Of a DNA stretch of 43,030 nt, positions 29,262-38,829 are shown piece after piece. The first letter of the stretch is position 1, and each line of letters opens with the position of its first letter. A program made the position numbers and the translations under genes. The notes below the pieces were generated by a model. The model was not told where the DNA came from and made no database searches. It was given only the letters and a program-made list of their open reading frames with translations. Origin of the DNA: Rubrivivax sp. Its GTDB lineage: Bacteria; Pseudomonadota; Gammaproteobacteria; Burkholderiales; Burkholderiaceae_C. The stretch is taken from contig JBMTXX010000001.1 in assembly GCA_049453935.1 (NCBI GenBank), forward strand, positions 1 to 43,030, written 5' to 3'.

Positions 29262-31208
29262 TCAGGCGGCCTGGCGCAGCGCGCCGAAGGTCTTGGCGTC
29301 GACGATCTTCAGCGTCGCGCTGACACTGCCGCTGCGACCATCTTCGAACTTCACCGCGGTCTCGATGAACTGCTCGCTGCGGCCGCCGTACATCGCGTCC
29401 ACCAGCACCTGGTACTTGTCACCGATGTAGCCCCGGCGCACCTTGCGCGTGCGCGTGAGCTCGCCGTCGTCGGCGTCCAGTTCCTTGTGCAGCACGAGGA
29501 AGCGGCTGATCTGGCTGCCGGCGAGCTTGTCGTCCTGGGCCAGGTCGGCGTTGACCTTCTCGACGCATTCGCGGATGAGCTCGAGCACTTCGGGCTTGCC
29601 CGCCAGATCGGTGTAGCCGGCGTAGGGCAGGTTGCGCCGCTCCGCCCAGTTGCCCACCGCCTCGAAGTCGATGTTGAGGAAGGCGCAGACCTGATCGCGC
29701 TTGTCGCCGAAGGCCACCGCTTCCTTGATGTGGGGGAAGAACTTCAGCTTGTTCTCGACGTACTTGGGCGCGAACATCGCACCGTCGTTGGCGCCGCCCA
29801 TCAGGCGGCCGACATCCTTGGCGCGGTCGATGATCTTCAGGTGGCCGTGGCTGTCGAGGAAGCCGGCGTCGCCGGTGTGGTACCAGCCCTCGGGGGTCAG
29901 CACCTCGGCGGTGGCCTGCGGGTTCTTGTAGTAGGCCTTGAGCAGCCCGGCGCTGCGCACCAGGATCTCGCCGTTGTCGGCGAGCTTGATCTCCACACCC
30001 GAGATCGGCACGCCCACCGTGTCGGCGCGTGCCTCGTGATCGGGCTGCAGGCAGACGAACACAGCGGTCTCGGTCGAGCCGTAGAGCTGCTTGAGGTTGA
30101 TGCCGATCGAGCGGTAGAAGGTGAACAGGTCGGGGCCGATGGCTTCACCGGCGGTGTAGGCCACGCGCACGCGCGACAGGCCCAGGGTGTTGCGCAGCGG
30201 ACCGTAGATGAACAGGTTGCCCAGACGCCACTTCAGATCGTCGACGAAAGACAGCCGCTTGCCGTCCATGCGGTCGGGCCCGACACGGCGTGCCACGGCC
30301 ATGCAGGTCTTGAACAGCCATTTCTTCAGTCCACCGGCGTCTTCCATGCGGATCGTGACGCTGGTCAGCAGGCCTTCGAAGACGCGGGGCGGGGCGAAGT
30401 AGTAGGTGGGCCCGATCTCCTTCATGTCGATCGAGACCGTGGCGGCCGACTCGGGGCAGTTGACGATGTAGCCGCAGGCCAGCCACTGCGCATAGCTGAA
30501 GATGTTCTGGCCGATCCAGGCCGGCGGCAGGTAGGCCAGCACTTCCTCGGCATGGGTCAGCTTGTCGAAGTCGGCGCCCGCACGGGCCCGGTCCAGCAGC
30601 GTGCGGTGGGTGTGCACCACGCCCTTGGGGTTGCCGGTCGTGCCGGAGGTGAAGAACATCGCCGCCACGTCATCGGGCTTGACGCGGGCGACCGCCTCAT
30701 CGAAGAAGCCCGGCTGACGCTGCAGTCGCGCGCGGCCGACCTCCAGCAGCGTGTCGAGGTCTTCCAGCCCGGGTTCCTCGTAGTTGCGCAGTCCGCGTGG
30801 GTCGTCGTACCAGATGCGGGTCAGTTGCGGACACTGTTCGCGGATTTCCAGCAGCTTGTCGACCTGCTCCTGGTCTTCGACGATGGCGTGCGTCACCTCC
30901 GCGTTGTTGATCGGGAAGACCATCTCCGTGGCGACGGCATCCTGGTACAGCGGCACAGGGATGGCCCCCAGGGACTGTGCCGCCAGCATGCAGGCGTACA
31001 GCCGCGGCCGGTTGTCGCCGACCACCACCAGGTGCTGACCAGCGGTCAGTCCGCTGTCGGCCAGCCCGGCAGCGATGGCCTGGACCTCCGCGACCAGTTC
31101 ACGCCACGACGTCGTCTGCCAGATGCCGTATTCCTTCTCGCGCAGCGCTGCGGCGTCGGGTCGGGCCCTGGCATGCTCGAGCATCAGGCGGGGGAAGGTC
31201 GTCTCCAA
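29262..31208 (-). CDS. Long-chain fatty acid--CoA ligase-like AMP-binding enzyme
   Basis: FTSGTTGNPKGV, YGSTE, GWYHTGD and IIDRAKD; TTG start after an AGGAG SD. Confidence 0.93.
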   Translation of the reverse strand: METTFPRLMLEHARARPDAAALREKEYGIWQTTSWRELVAEVQAIAAGLADSGLTAGQHLVVVGDNRPRLYACMLAAQSLGAIPVPLYQDAVATEMVFPINNAEVTHAIVEDQEQVDKLLEIREQCPQLTRIWYDDPRGLRNYEEPGLEDLDTLLEVGRARLQRQPGFFDEAVARVKPDDVAAMFFTSGTTGNPKGVVHTHRTLLDRARAGADFDKLTHAEEVLAYLPPAWIGQNIFSYAQWLACGYIVNCPESAATVSIDMKEIGPTYYFAPPRVFEGLLTSVTIRMEDAGGLKKWLFKTCMAVARRVGPDRMDGKRLSFVDDLKWRLGNLFIYGPLRNTLGLSRVRVAYTAGEAIGPDLFTFYRSIGINLKQLYGSTETAVFVCLQPDHEARADTVGVPISGVEIKLADNGEILVRSAGLLKAYYKNPQATAEVLTPEGWYHTGDAGFLDSHGHLKIIDRAKDVGRLMGGANDGAMFAPKYVENKLKFFPHIKEAVAFGDKRDQVCAFLNIDFEAVGNWAERRNLPYAGYTDLAGKPEVLELIRECVEKVNADLAQDDKLAGSQISRFLVLHKELDADDGELTRTRKVRRGYIGDKYQVLVDAMYGGRSEQFIETAVKFEDGRSGSVSATLKIVDAKTFGALRQAA

Positions 31209-31329
31209 AGCGGTTCTCCTGTGACCAGGGGCTGCGCTGAAGAAACACGGCGCGCGTCAGGCGCTGGCCCTGCGCGGCACGGTCTCCACAACAATGCCTG
31301 TGCATGGTAGGACGCTGTTTGACGTCATG

Positions 31330-31347
31330 TTGTCCTTCTGGCGACAA
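31330..31347. promoter_or_regulatory. Palindromic Crp/Fnr-type operator candidate
   Basis: TTGTC-CTTCTGGC-GACAA (TGTCc-N6-CGACA, CRP-like spacing) lies between the divergent regulator and the ligase operon. Confidence 0.5.
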
Positions 31348-31393
31348 TCCTAGGGTTGCCACCAAGGGGACTTTCCCGGGGGAGCCGTCCTTG

Positions 31394-32146
31394 ATGAACA
31401 GCCCGGTGCTGGGGCGGGCGCAGCCCGCGACCGCGAGCGAACTCCAAGGCATCGCCTGGCTGCCCTTGCTGTCGAAGGCCGACCGAGATTCGGCGATCGC
31501 GGCGCTGCGGGTGTCCACGGCCCGCCCGGGTGAGCGCATCGTGCGATTCGGCCGCGCGCCCACGTTCTGGTTCGGCGTGGTCGACGGCTTGCTCAAGATG
31601 AGCAACGACACCGCCTCCGGTGGCACCATCACCTACACCGGTCTGCCCCCGGGCGCCTGGTTCGGCGAGGGCACGCTGCTCAAGCGGGAGCCCTACCGCT
31701 ACAACATCGAGCCCTTGCGACAGAGCACGGTGGCGGGTCTGCCGATCGACGACTTCCACGCGTTGCTGGACCGCAGCATTCCCTTCAACCGCTACGTGAT
31801 GAGCCTGCTCAACGAGCGTCTGGGCCAGTTCATCGCCGCGCGCGAGATCGACCGTCAGACCGAGCCCGAGACGCGTGTGGCCGCCAGCCTCGCGCAACTG
31901 TTCCACCCGGTGCTGTATCCCGGCGTGGGCAGCCTGCTGCGGATCACGCAGCAGGAATTGGGCTACCTGGCGGGCCTTTCGCGCCAGCGTGTCAACGAGG
32001 CACTGGCGGTGCTGCAGTGCCGCTCCCTGATCCGGGTCGAGTACGGAGGCGTGCGGGTGCTCGATCTGGCGGGTCTTCGGGCGTTTCGTGGCGGCGCCAC
32101 GCAGACCGCGGTGTGCCTGGACAAGGGGCCCCCTGTCCGGGAGTGA
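31394..32146 (+). CDS. Crp/Fnr family transcriptional regulator
   Basis: cNMP-binding-type domain (GAWFGEG) and HTH ITQQELGYLAGLSRQRVN; no Fnr Cys cluster; GGAG SD upstream. Confidence 0.92.
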   Translation: MNSPVLGRAQPATASELQGIAWLPLLSKADRDSAIAALRVSTARPGERIVRFGRAPTFWFGVVDGLLKMSNDTASGGTITYTGLPPGAWFGEGTLLKREPYRYNIEPLRQSTVAGLPIDDFHALLDRSIPFNRYVMSLLNERLGQFIAAREIDRQTEPETRVAASLAQLFHPVLYPGVGSLLRITQQELGYLAGLSRQRVNEALAVLQCRSLIRVEYGGVRVLDLAGLRAFRGGATQTAVCLDKGPPVRE

Positions 32147-32153
32147 TGCCTTT

Positions 32154-32175
32154 ATGTCGACGTCATGTCGACGTC
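32154..32175. repeat. 11-bp tandem duplication ATGTCGACGTC x2
   Basis: Directly visible between the two convergent stop codons. Confidence 0.8.
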
Positions 32176-32902
32176 AGGGCTGCACCCAGCGTGCGCCCGT
32201 GTGGTCGAAGATGGCGCGCCGATGACCATCGGCGTGGAGCTCCAGCCAGTCGAGGGCCTCGACCTGACCCTCCAGGATCGCGAAGTGCTCCCGCGCGCCA
32301 CTTTCGTGACCCGGCTCCGACAGGGTCTGGCCCGGTGCCAGCGGGGACATGTAGTCCTGGGCCCCAGGCGTCATCTGCAGTCGCGACCAGCGCAGGCGGG
32401 TGGCCGCGGTCTGGGACTCGATCGACAAGCGTGTGTGCAGCCGGACCTGCCACGACAGAGCCGCACACCAGCCGACCGCCGTGCCCCGCGGATGCGCCTG
32501 GATCTGAGCGACCTTGGGTGAACGCGTGTCGGTGTAGAAAAGGAGCCGGCGTCGCGTGGCGTCCACCTCTCTGAGCACGACCGAGCGGGCATCGGCGCGG
32601 TCGCCGTCGATCGTGGCCAGCGTCATGACGCGCCAGCCGTGGCCGCGTTCACGCACGGCGGTGGCCAACTCCTGCCAGCAGGCTGTCTCGATCAGTCGCA
32701 GCGACTCGATACGGCTGCGCAGCCGTGGTCGCGAGACGGACGCGTCGACAGAAGCGGGCGCGTGCGCCTGTTCCAGGCTGGGCGGCATCTGTGCGTGGGC
32801 GGGTGTCGGAAGTGGCCCGTGGCGATGCCCGGTGCCCGGTGCGTCTGCCGCGACGAGCCGATCGCCCGTGGATGACGGCATCCGACGCCGTTCGGTTTTC
32901 AT
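32174..32902 (-). CDS. Pyridoxamine 5'-phosphate oxidase-like FMN-binding protein; start uncertain
   Basis: [40 protein letters not shown] split-barrel motifs. ATGA overlap with the lysS stop; the first ~60 aa are low-complexity. Confidence 0.82.
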   Translation of the reverse strand: MKTERRRMPSSTGDRLVAADAPGTGHRHGPLPTPAHAQMPPSLEQAHAPASVDASVSRPRLRSRIESLRLIETACWQELATAVRERGHGWRVMTLATIDGDRADARSVVLREVDATRRRLLFYTDTRSPKVAQIQAHPRGTAVGWCAALSWQVRLHTRLSIESQTAATRLRWSRLQMTPGAQDYMSPLAPGQTLSEPGHESGAREHFAILEGQVEALDWLELHADGHRRAIFDHTGARWVQP

Positions 32903-34500
32903 GTCGAGGGCATGGGCGTCGGGTCGGATACCGCCTGGGCCGCGCCGAGGGGGGCGTCGGCTGCGCCTGCCGCGGATGCCGGATGCGATGGCGCTTCCCG
33001 GCGCAGTGCAGGAAACAAGATCACGTCTCGGATGCTCGGGCTGTCGGTCAACAGCATCACCAGGCGGTCGATGCCCACTCCGCAGCCACCCGTGGGTGGC
33101 ATGCCGTACTCCAGCGCCCGCACGAAGTCGGCGTCGTAGACCATCGCCTCGTCGTCGCCCGCATCCTTGGCGCGTGCCTGCGCGGCAAAGCGCGCCGCCT
33201 GGTCTTCTGCGTCGTTGAGCTCGGAGAAGCCGTTGGCGATCTCGCGCCCGGTGATGAAGAGCTCGAAGCGCTCGGTGACCGTTGGATCCGCGTCGGAGGC
33301 CCGCGCCAGTGGCGAGACCTCGACGGGGTAGTCGATGATGAACGTGGGGGCCCAGAGCTGTGCCTCCACCTCGGCCTCGAACAGGCCGAACTGCAGTTCG
33401 GCCAGGCTCCAGTGCGCAGGCGGCTCCTCGCCCAGCGCCTTGAGGCGGGCGTGCAGCACGTCCGCGTCGCGTGCCTGTCCCTCGCTGAGCCCGGCATGGC
33501 GCACCAGCGCCTGCGTCACCGTCAGCCGCGCAAACGGCTGGGAAAGATCGACCGTGCGGTCGCCGTAGCGCAGCGTCGCCGACCCTGTGGCCTGGCGCGC
33601 TGCGTGCCGCAGCAACTGCTCGGTGAAGTCCATCAGGTCGTGGTGGTTCCAGTAGGCCGCATAGAACTCCATCATCGTGAACTCCGGGTTGTGCCGGACG
33701 CTGATGCCTTCGTTGCGGAAGTTGCGATTGATCTCGAAGACGCGTTCGAAGCCGCCAACCACCAGACGCTTCAGGTAGAGCTCGGGGGCGATGCGCAGGA
33801 ACATGGCCTGGTCGAGCGCGTTGTGGTGCGTGACAAAAGGCCGGGCGTTGGCCCCCCCGGGGATGGGGTGCAGCATCGGCGTCTCGACCTCGAGAAAGCC
33901 GTGCTCGATCATGAAGTGCCGGATCGAGCTGACGGCCTTGCTGCGCGCGACGAACCGCTGGCGCGCTTGTTCGTCGGTGATCAGGTCAAGATGTCGTTGG
34001 CGGTATTTCTGCTCCTGATCGCTCATGCCATGGAACTTGTCCGGCAAGGGCCGCAGGCTCTTCGTCAACAGCCGCACTTGCGCGGCGCGTATGGACAACT
34101 CGCCGGCACGGGTACGGAACAGCGTCCCCGTGCACGCCACGATGTCGCCGAGATCCCAGTGTTTGAACGCATCGAGCGCCGGCGCGCCCACGCCGTCGAG
34201 GGTGACGTAGACCTGCAGCCGGCCGCTGCCGTCCTGCAACGTGCCGAAGCAGGCCTTGCCCATGATCCGCTTGAGCATCAGCCGACCCGCCACGGCAACG
34301 GTGATCTGTTGCGGCTCCAGTTCCTCGTTGGGGACCGCGCCGTGCCGTTGGTGCAGGTCCTGGGCCTGATGCGTGGGCTTGAAGTCGTTGGGGAAGACCG
34401 CCTGGCCGTTGGCGCGGGCCTGCTCACGCAACACCGAGAGTTTTTCACGCCGCTCGGTGACCAGAGGGGAATCGTCGGCGTGCTGGGGGTGCTGGGTCAT
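32899..34500 (-). CDS. lysS: Lysine--tRNA ligase (class II)
   Basis: [41 protein letters not shown] and [16 protein letters not shown]. The true start is ATG 34500. Confidence 0.98.
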   Translation of the reverse strand: MTQHPQHADDSPLVTERREKLSVLREQARANGQAVFPNDFKPTHQAQDLHQRHGAVPNEELEPQQITVAVAGRLMLKRIMGKACFGTLQDGSGRLQVYVTLDGVGAPALDAFKHWDLGDIVACTGTLFRTRAGELSIRAAQVRLLTKSLRPLPDKFHGMSDQEQKYRQRHLDLITDEQARQRFVARSKAVSSIRHFMIEHGFLEVETPMLHPIPGGANARPFVTHHNALDQAMFLRIAPELYLKRLVVGGFERVFEINRNFRNEGISVRHNPEFTMMEFYAAYWNHHDLMDFTEQLLRHAARQATGSATLRYGDRTVDLSQPFARLTVTQALVRHAGLSEGQARDADVLHARLKALGEEPPAHWSLAELQFGLFEAEVEAQLWAPTFIIDYPVEVSPLARASDADPTVTERFELFITGREIANGFSELNDAEDQAARFAAQARAKDAGDDEAMVYDADFVRALEYGMPPTGGCGVGIDRLVMLLTDSPSIRDVILFPALRREAPSHPASAAGAADAPLGAAQAVSDPTPMPST

Positions 34501-34703
34501 GGTGCGTAGGCGCAAGGAGCCCGACAGACGGTCAGGGCGGTGACGGTGGTCCGGCCGACCGCGGCCGAGCCTTGAGCCCAGCCCTGCAGGGTGGGCGGCG
34601 GTGCACGTGGCGTCGACCGCTGCGTTGAATTCTATGGGGGCCACCGAGGGCCCGGTGGCTGGACGTCGCACCCGTCCTGACGCCCCCTTCCCGGCTTGCG
34701 TGT

Positions 34704-35849
34704 TCAGGGCAAGAGTGTTGGCGGTGCCTTGGGCTGTTGTCGCAACAGACGTCTGCGCGTGGTGTGCAGCCACCCTGGCGATCGGAAGCGCACGATGCGC
34801 CAGTACAACGCCAGGTAAGACAACACGAACAGGCCGACGAACGTCCCGACCAGCGGCGTGTGGTTCCAGAAGAGCATGGCCGGGATCACACTGAGCATGC
34901 AGACGAACCACAGGTACGGGGCCGTCATCGAGTTGCGCAGAGTCATCGCCCGGGCGCTGCGGTCCGGCACGGCCCATCGCAGCACGCGGCGATAGATCAG
35001 CGTGTGCAGATGGATGCCGTCGGGCATGCCGGGCGAGGTGCCGCGCAGGCGTCGTCGGTAGATGGAGAACAGGGTCTCGAAGACCGGATAGATACAGATC
35101 AGAAGCGGCGTCAGCGGCGAAACCTCGCCGGGGTTGCGCACCAGCAGCAGCACCGACAACTCGGCAAACCAGAAGCCGATGAAGTAGGCGCCGCCGTCCC
35201 CGAGGAACACCAGCCCGGCCGGGAAGTTCCAGACGAAGAAGCCCAGGACCGCGCCGATCATCGCCAGTGCGAGCGTCATCACCACCGTGTCGCCGACCTG
35301 GAAGGCCACGTAGGCCAGCGCGCCGAGCATGATCACGGTGCACATCGACGCCAGACCGTTGAACCCATCGATGATGTTCACGGCGTTCGAGATGCCGGCC
35401 ACGGCGAATGCGGTCAGCGCGATCGAGCCGACGGCGCTGGCGACCAGCAGGTCCAGCAGCGGAATGCCCGTGGCCTGGAGGCTCGCGCCCAGCAGCCACG
35501 CTGCCAGCAATGCCGAGCCGATGCTGGCGGACAAGCGGACGGCCGGGCCGACCCTCTTGGTGAGGTCCTCGGCCAGTCCAGCAACGAAGACCGGGGCGGC
35601 GCACAACAGCAGCCACCACCCAGGGCCCGCGGCCTCGTGGTGCTGGAAGGAGACGAGCAACAACGCGACGACCAGACCCCAGACGATCCCGAGTCCCCCT
35701 GTGCGCGGCACCGGGGCAGCGTGGAATTTCTGCGGCCCGTCCATCTGACCATCCATCGCGGATGTCCAGCCGCTGCCGGGCATGGCGCCGCGTACGATCA
35801 GCAGCGTGGTGACCAGCGCTACGGCAAAGGCGACGAGCAGGGTCAGCAA
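34704..35849 (-). CDS. MraY/WecA-family (Glycos_transf_4) polyprenyl-phosphate HexNAc-1-phosphate transferase
   Basis: Polytopic membrane protein with [42 protein letters not shown] and PDGIHLH motifs; TTG start. Confidence 0.92.
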   Translation of the reverse strand: MLTLLVAFAVALVTTLLIVRGAMPGSGWTSAMDGQMDGPQKFHAAPVPRTGGLGIVWGLVVALLLVSFQHHEAAGPGWWLLLCAAPVFVAGLAEDLTKRVGPAVRLSASIGSALLAAWLLGASLQATGIPLLDLLVASAVGSIALTAFAVAGISNAVNIIDGFNGLASMCTVIMLGALAYVAFQVGDTVVMTLALAMIGAVLGFFVWNFPAGLVFLGDGGAYFIGFWFAELSVLLLVRNPGEVSPLTPLLICIYPVFETLFSIYRRRLRGTSPGMPDGIHLHTLIYRRVLRWAVPDRSARAMTLRNSMTAPYLWFVCMLSVIPAMLFWNHTPLVGTFVGLFVLSYLALYWRIVRFRSPGWLHTTRRRLLRQQPKAPPTLLP

Positions 35850-35938
35850 CGCAAGGGGTCCAAAGTACTTTGCCGCATTGTAGGCAGGCAGATGTCGACT
35901 GACGGAATGAAACGCTCCGTCGAAACCGATCGTTGCAT

Positions 35939-36469
35939 TCAGGCGGCTTCTTCGCTGGGGGCTTCCGCGATTTCGTCCTCACGCACCGCGCGCAAGGCCG
36001 CCACCGCCACCGGCAGTGTGGTTTGCTTGCTCAGCAACTCGATCAACACCATGGCGCGGGCTTCGCCGTCGCTCATGTCGAACACCGCACGCAGACCCAC
36101 GAAGGGGCCGGTCAGGATCTGCACGACCTGCCCGCGCTCGAACTTCGGCCTCACCGGTGCTTCGCGCCGTGCAGCCTCTTCTGCGCGAAGCAACTCCATG
36201 ACCGCAGGTGGCACGCGTGCCGGCAAGCCGCCGAAGCGCACGATGGTTGTCACGCCCAGTGTGCTGCGCACGGGCGCCCAGTTGATGCCGGGCGGCAGGT
36301 GGATGAACAGATACCGTGGAAACAGCGGCTCGTCGACCACGGTGAGCTTGCGCTGGCGTACCTTTTCCACTCGCAACTGCGGCAGCCAGCACTCATAGCC
36401 CTGGTTGAAGAGGTTGTCGAGCGCGCGGCGCTCCTGGCGGGGCTTGGTCAGGACGAGATACCAGCTCAT
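35939..36469 (-). CDS. rfaH: Transcription antitermination factor RfaH (NusG paralogue)
   Basis: NGN domain [33 protein letters not shown] and KOW domain [26 protein letters not shown]; start at ATG 36469. Confidence 0.88.
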   Translation of the reverse strand: MSWYLVLTKPRQERRALDNLFNQGYECWLPQLRVEKVRQRKLTVVDEPLFPRYLFIHLPPGINWAPVRSTLGVTTIVRFGGLPARVPPAVMELLRAEEAARREAPVRPKFERGQVVQILTGPFVGLRAVFDMSDGEARAMVLIELLSKQTTLPVAVAALRAVREDEIAEAPSEEAA

Positions 36470-36566
36470 GGTGTGCGCGGCGATCTGGGCCGGTGTGCAG
36501 GTTGTCTGAAGGCGGTGCGAGTTGCCGTAGCAGGTATGGCCGACGCCGATGTGGGGGCAGAGTCGA

Positions 36567-38684
36567 TCAAGGGCGATCCGGTCGCAGCGCGAGCCATGCT
36601 TCGCGCAGCCGGGGCAGATGCCGCGCCACATAGCCGGCGCCGTGCCGCCCGGCGTCCAAGCTGTGGAACTCGATGTCCCAGGCGGAAGAAAAATCGCGGA
36701 CGATGCCCGGTTCGACCCAGTTGCCGCCGCCGCTGGCCGCATCGGTGATGCGGGTACGCAACCCGGTGCGCCACTGCGAAGCGCCCAGGATCTGCACCGG
36801 ACCGACCTGCGGCGCGGCGCGCGGGGTCAGCGGCAGCGACAGTTCCAGCCCGGCGTACTGCCGCACCCCGCCTTTGCGGTAGGTGAGGTGTGCGCCGAAA
36901 TCGCCCCACCAGCGACTGACGGTGACCATCGGCCCTGTGCTCTGGTCCGGGTAGCGCTGCAATCCGACTTCGACCCAGGTGTCGCGCGCCCAACCCTCGA
37001 ACGACGGTGCCCAGCGGTAGCTGGCCCACTGCTGAAACTGTCCGCCTGCCGGCATCCCCGGCCGGCGCTCGAGTTGGCGTCCGCGCAGGCGGACGACGTC
37101 GTCCCGGCCCGGTACGAACAGCAGTGCCTCGCCTTCCACGCCGGGCGCGTCGTATTCGAAGACGCCGATGGCTCCGCCGACCACGGCATGACGTCCGAGC
37201 CAAAGCGTCTGGTGCAAGGCCAGGGCCTGCAGGCCCTGAGGTTGCCGCAGCGAGGCAAAGACGCCACCGTCTCTGGCCTGATCCGAGACGGAGATGCGCT
37301 GCTGCAAGTTGGCGATGACCTGCGCGCCAGGCCACAGCGGCGCGGTGGCCGCCAGACGCAGCGCCAGCGAGTAGTCGAAGGCGCCGAATTCCGTGCCCAC
37401 GGTGTAGGCCAGGTTCGGGCTCAGGCGCAGTTGCAAGCGTGTTGCCGGGCCGGGCCTGTCCGAGAGCCAGTCGACTCGGCGCGGATCGAAGCCACTGCCG
37501 CGCTGCACCTGGAGTGAATCGCGCAGGGCTCCGATCCGGCCGTCATGGACAAAATCCCGCCAGGCCCGCGCAGCCACGCTGAGTGTCATCACCGGCTGCC
37601 CGGTCTTGAGCGTGCTGACGACGATACGCTCGACCTCGGCCGGTGCGGCCTGCGCGGTCAGCCCGAGCACCAGGCCGACGGCGTCAAGTTCATGATGTCC
37701 GTAGCGGTGATTCTGGTACTCGACGACCCAGTGCCCGTCCAGGCGCCCCACCCGCACCCGTTCCAACCCCTGGCGAACGAGGGCCTCTTTCAGGCGTCCC
37801 AGACGTGCCGATGCGCTTTCGGATGCGGCTTCCGGCTGTACCACCGACGGGGAGGCGGCCTTCACGCTTGCGTCGGCTGAGCGCGCCTGTGTCGATTGCG
37901 CATCGGTCGTACCGAAGCGTTCGCCGAAAGGGAGGGTCAGGAACAGGCCGACCGCCGTGTGACCTGGCATCGCACCGCTTGCAAGCGTGCGGTGTGCGCT
38001 CGCGCTGACGCGTCCGCTCGCAAGCAGCGGCAGCGCGGAAGACATCCAGCGTGCCCCAGCCAGCGGTTGCCTGCCGTCATGCTCGGCAGACAGTGTCAAG
38101 GTGCCGGGCAGCAGTCCGGCAGGCAGGCGGTAATCGATGCCCCCGAACAGGCCGTCGAGCGGTTGGCGCGTGCCTGCCAGCGGCTGTTCGCGTCCGGTGC
38201 CCGCTCCGATGGTGGCGCTCCAGGGCCCCCAAGGCTGGGTGACCACGGCATAGGCGGCACGGAACATTGCCGCGCCGCCGGCGATGTCGTTGACGCCCGC
38301 GGCCACACGCGTGGCTTGTGCGCCGCCCTGCAGGGGTAGCGAAAACTTGACGTTGGCCGACAGGTCGCTGCGACCGCCGAGGATAAAGCCGTCGGCGCGG
38401 CGGTCGGCGTATTCGGCGAATCGCCCGACCACGTCGAGCCCAGGCGCCAGACCCACGCCCAGCACGTGGGACACGCTGCGCGCAGACTGTGTCACCGACT
38501 GGGGTTCGAGCGGGTTCCCCAGCCCGAAGGCCAAGGTTCCGTTGCCCAGTGCATGTGCCTGCGGGATGGACAGGCCTCCGACCACGCCGGTGGCGTTCAG
38601 TGACTGCGGCAACGCCTCGCCGGTGGCGCTCGCCAGAGCCAAGCTCAGAACGAGTGGATGCGTGATCGTGGGAGAGCGGGTCAT
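36567..38684 (-). CDS. YjbH (GfcD/WbfB)-family outer-membrane beta-barrel protein
   Basis: Signal peptide, N-terminal GVVGGLSIPQAHAL motif, DLSANVKF, GVNDIAGG..F, GLFGGIDY, a central EYQNHRY..ELDAVG domain, then many amphipathic beta-strands; 705 aa. Family recognised by eye. Confidence 0.75.
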   Translation of the reverse strand: MTRSPTITHPLVLSLALASATGEALPQSLNATGVVGGLSIPQAHALGNGTLAFGLGNPLEPQSVTQSARSVSHVLGVGLAPGLDVVGRFAEYADRRADGFILGGRSDLSANVKFSLPLQGGAQATRVAAGVNDIAGGAAMFRAAYAVVTQPWGPWSATIGAGTGREQPLAGTRQPLDGLFGGIDYRLPAGLLPGTLTLSAEHDGRQPLAGARWMSSALPLLASGRVSASAHRTLASGAMPGHTAVGLFLTLPFGERFGTTDAQSTQARSADASVKAASPSVVQPEAASESASARLGRLKEALVRQGLERVRVGRLDGHWVVEYQNHRYGHHELDAVGLVLGLTAQAAPAEVERIVVSTLKTGQPVMTLSVAARAWRDFVHDGRIGALRDSLQVQRGSGFDPRRVDWLSDRPGPATRLQLRLSPNLAYTVGTEFGAFDYSLALRLAATAPLWPGAQVIANLQQRISVSDQARDGGVFASLRQPQGLQALALHQTLWLGRHAVVGGAIGVFEYDAPGVEGEALLFVPGRDDVVRLRGRQLERRPGMPAGGQFQQWASYRWAPSFEGWARDTWVEVGLQRYPDQSTGPMVTVSRWWGDFGAHLTYRKGGVRQYAGLELSLPLTPRAAPQVGPVQILGASQWRTGLRTRITDAASGGGNWVEPGIVRDFSSAWDIEFHSLDAGRHGAGYVARHLPRLREAWLALRPDRP

Positions 38685-38829
38685 GGGGCGACAGGCCGAA
38701 CTGAGATGAAGAGTCTATCCCTCTCAGCCCCGAGCGGCTTCTTCACAGGAGTTCAAATCTCTTCGAGGTGAACCCCCTGCGGTATAGACCTTTCGGTTCG
38801 TGTGTCCACCGGCCTGGCATCGACGGCGC

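Noticed and set aside
32899-35982. 1027-aa LysS fusion
   Set aside because: The upstream part is an off-frame read of the transferase gene and the spacer; LysS homology begins at 34500.
36870-38135. ops-like GCGGTA sequences near 36876 and 38126
   Set aside because: They lie inside yjbH on the non-coding strand, so they cannot act on the rfaH-direction transcript.
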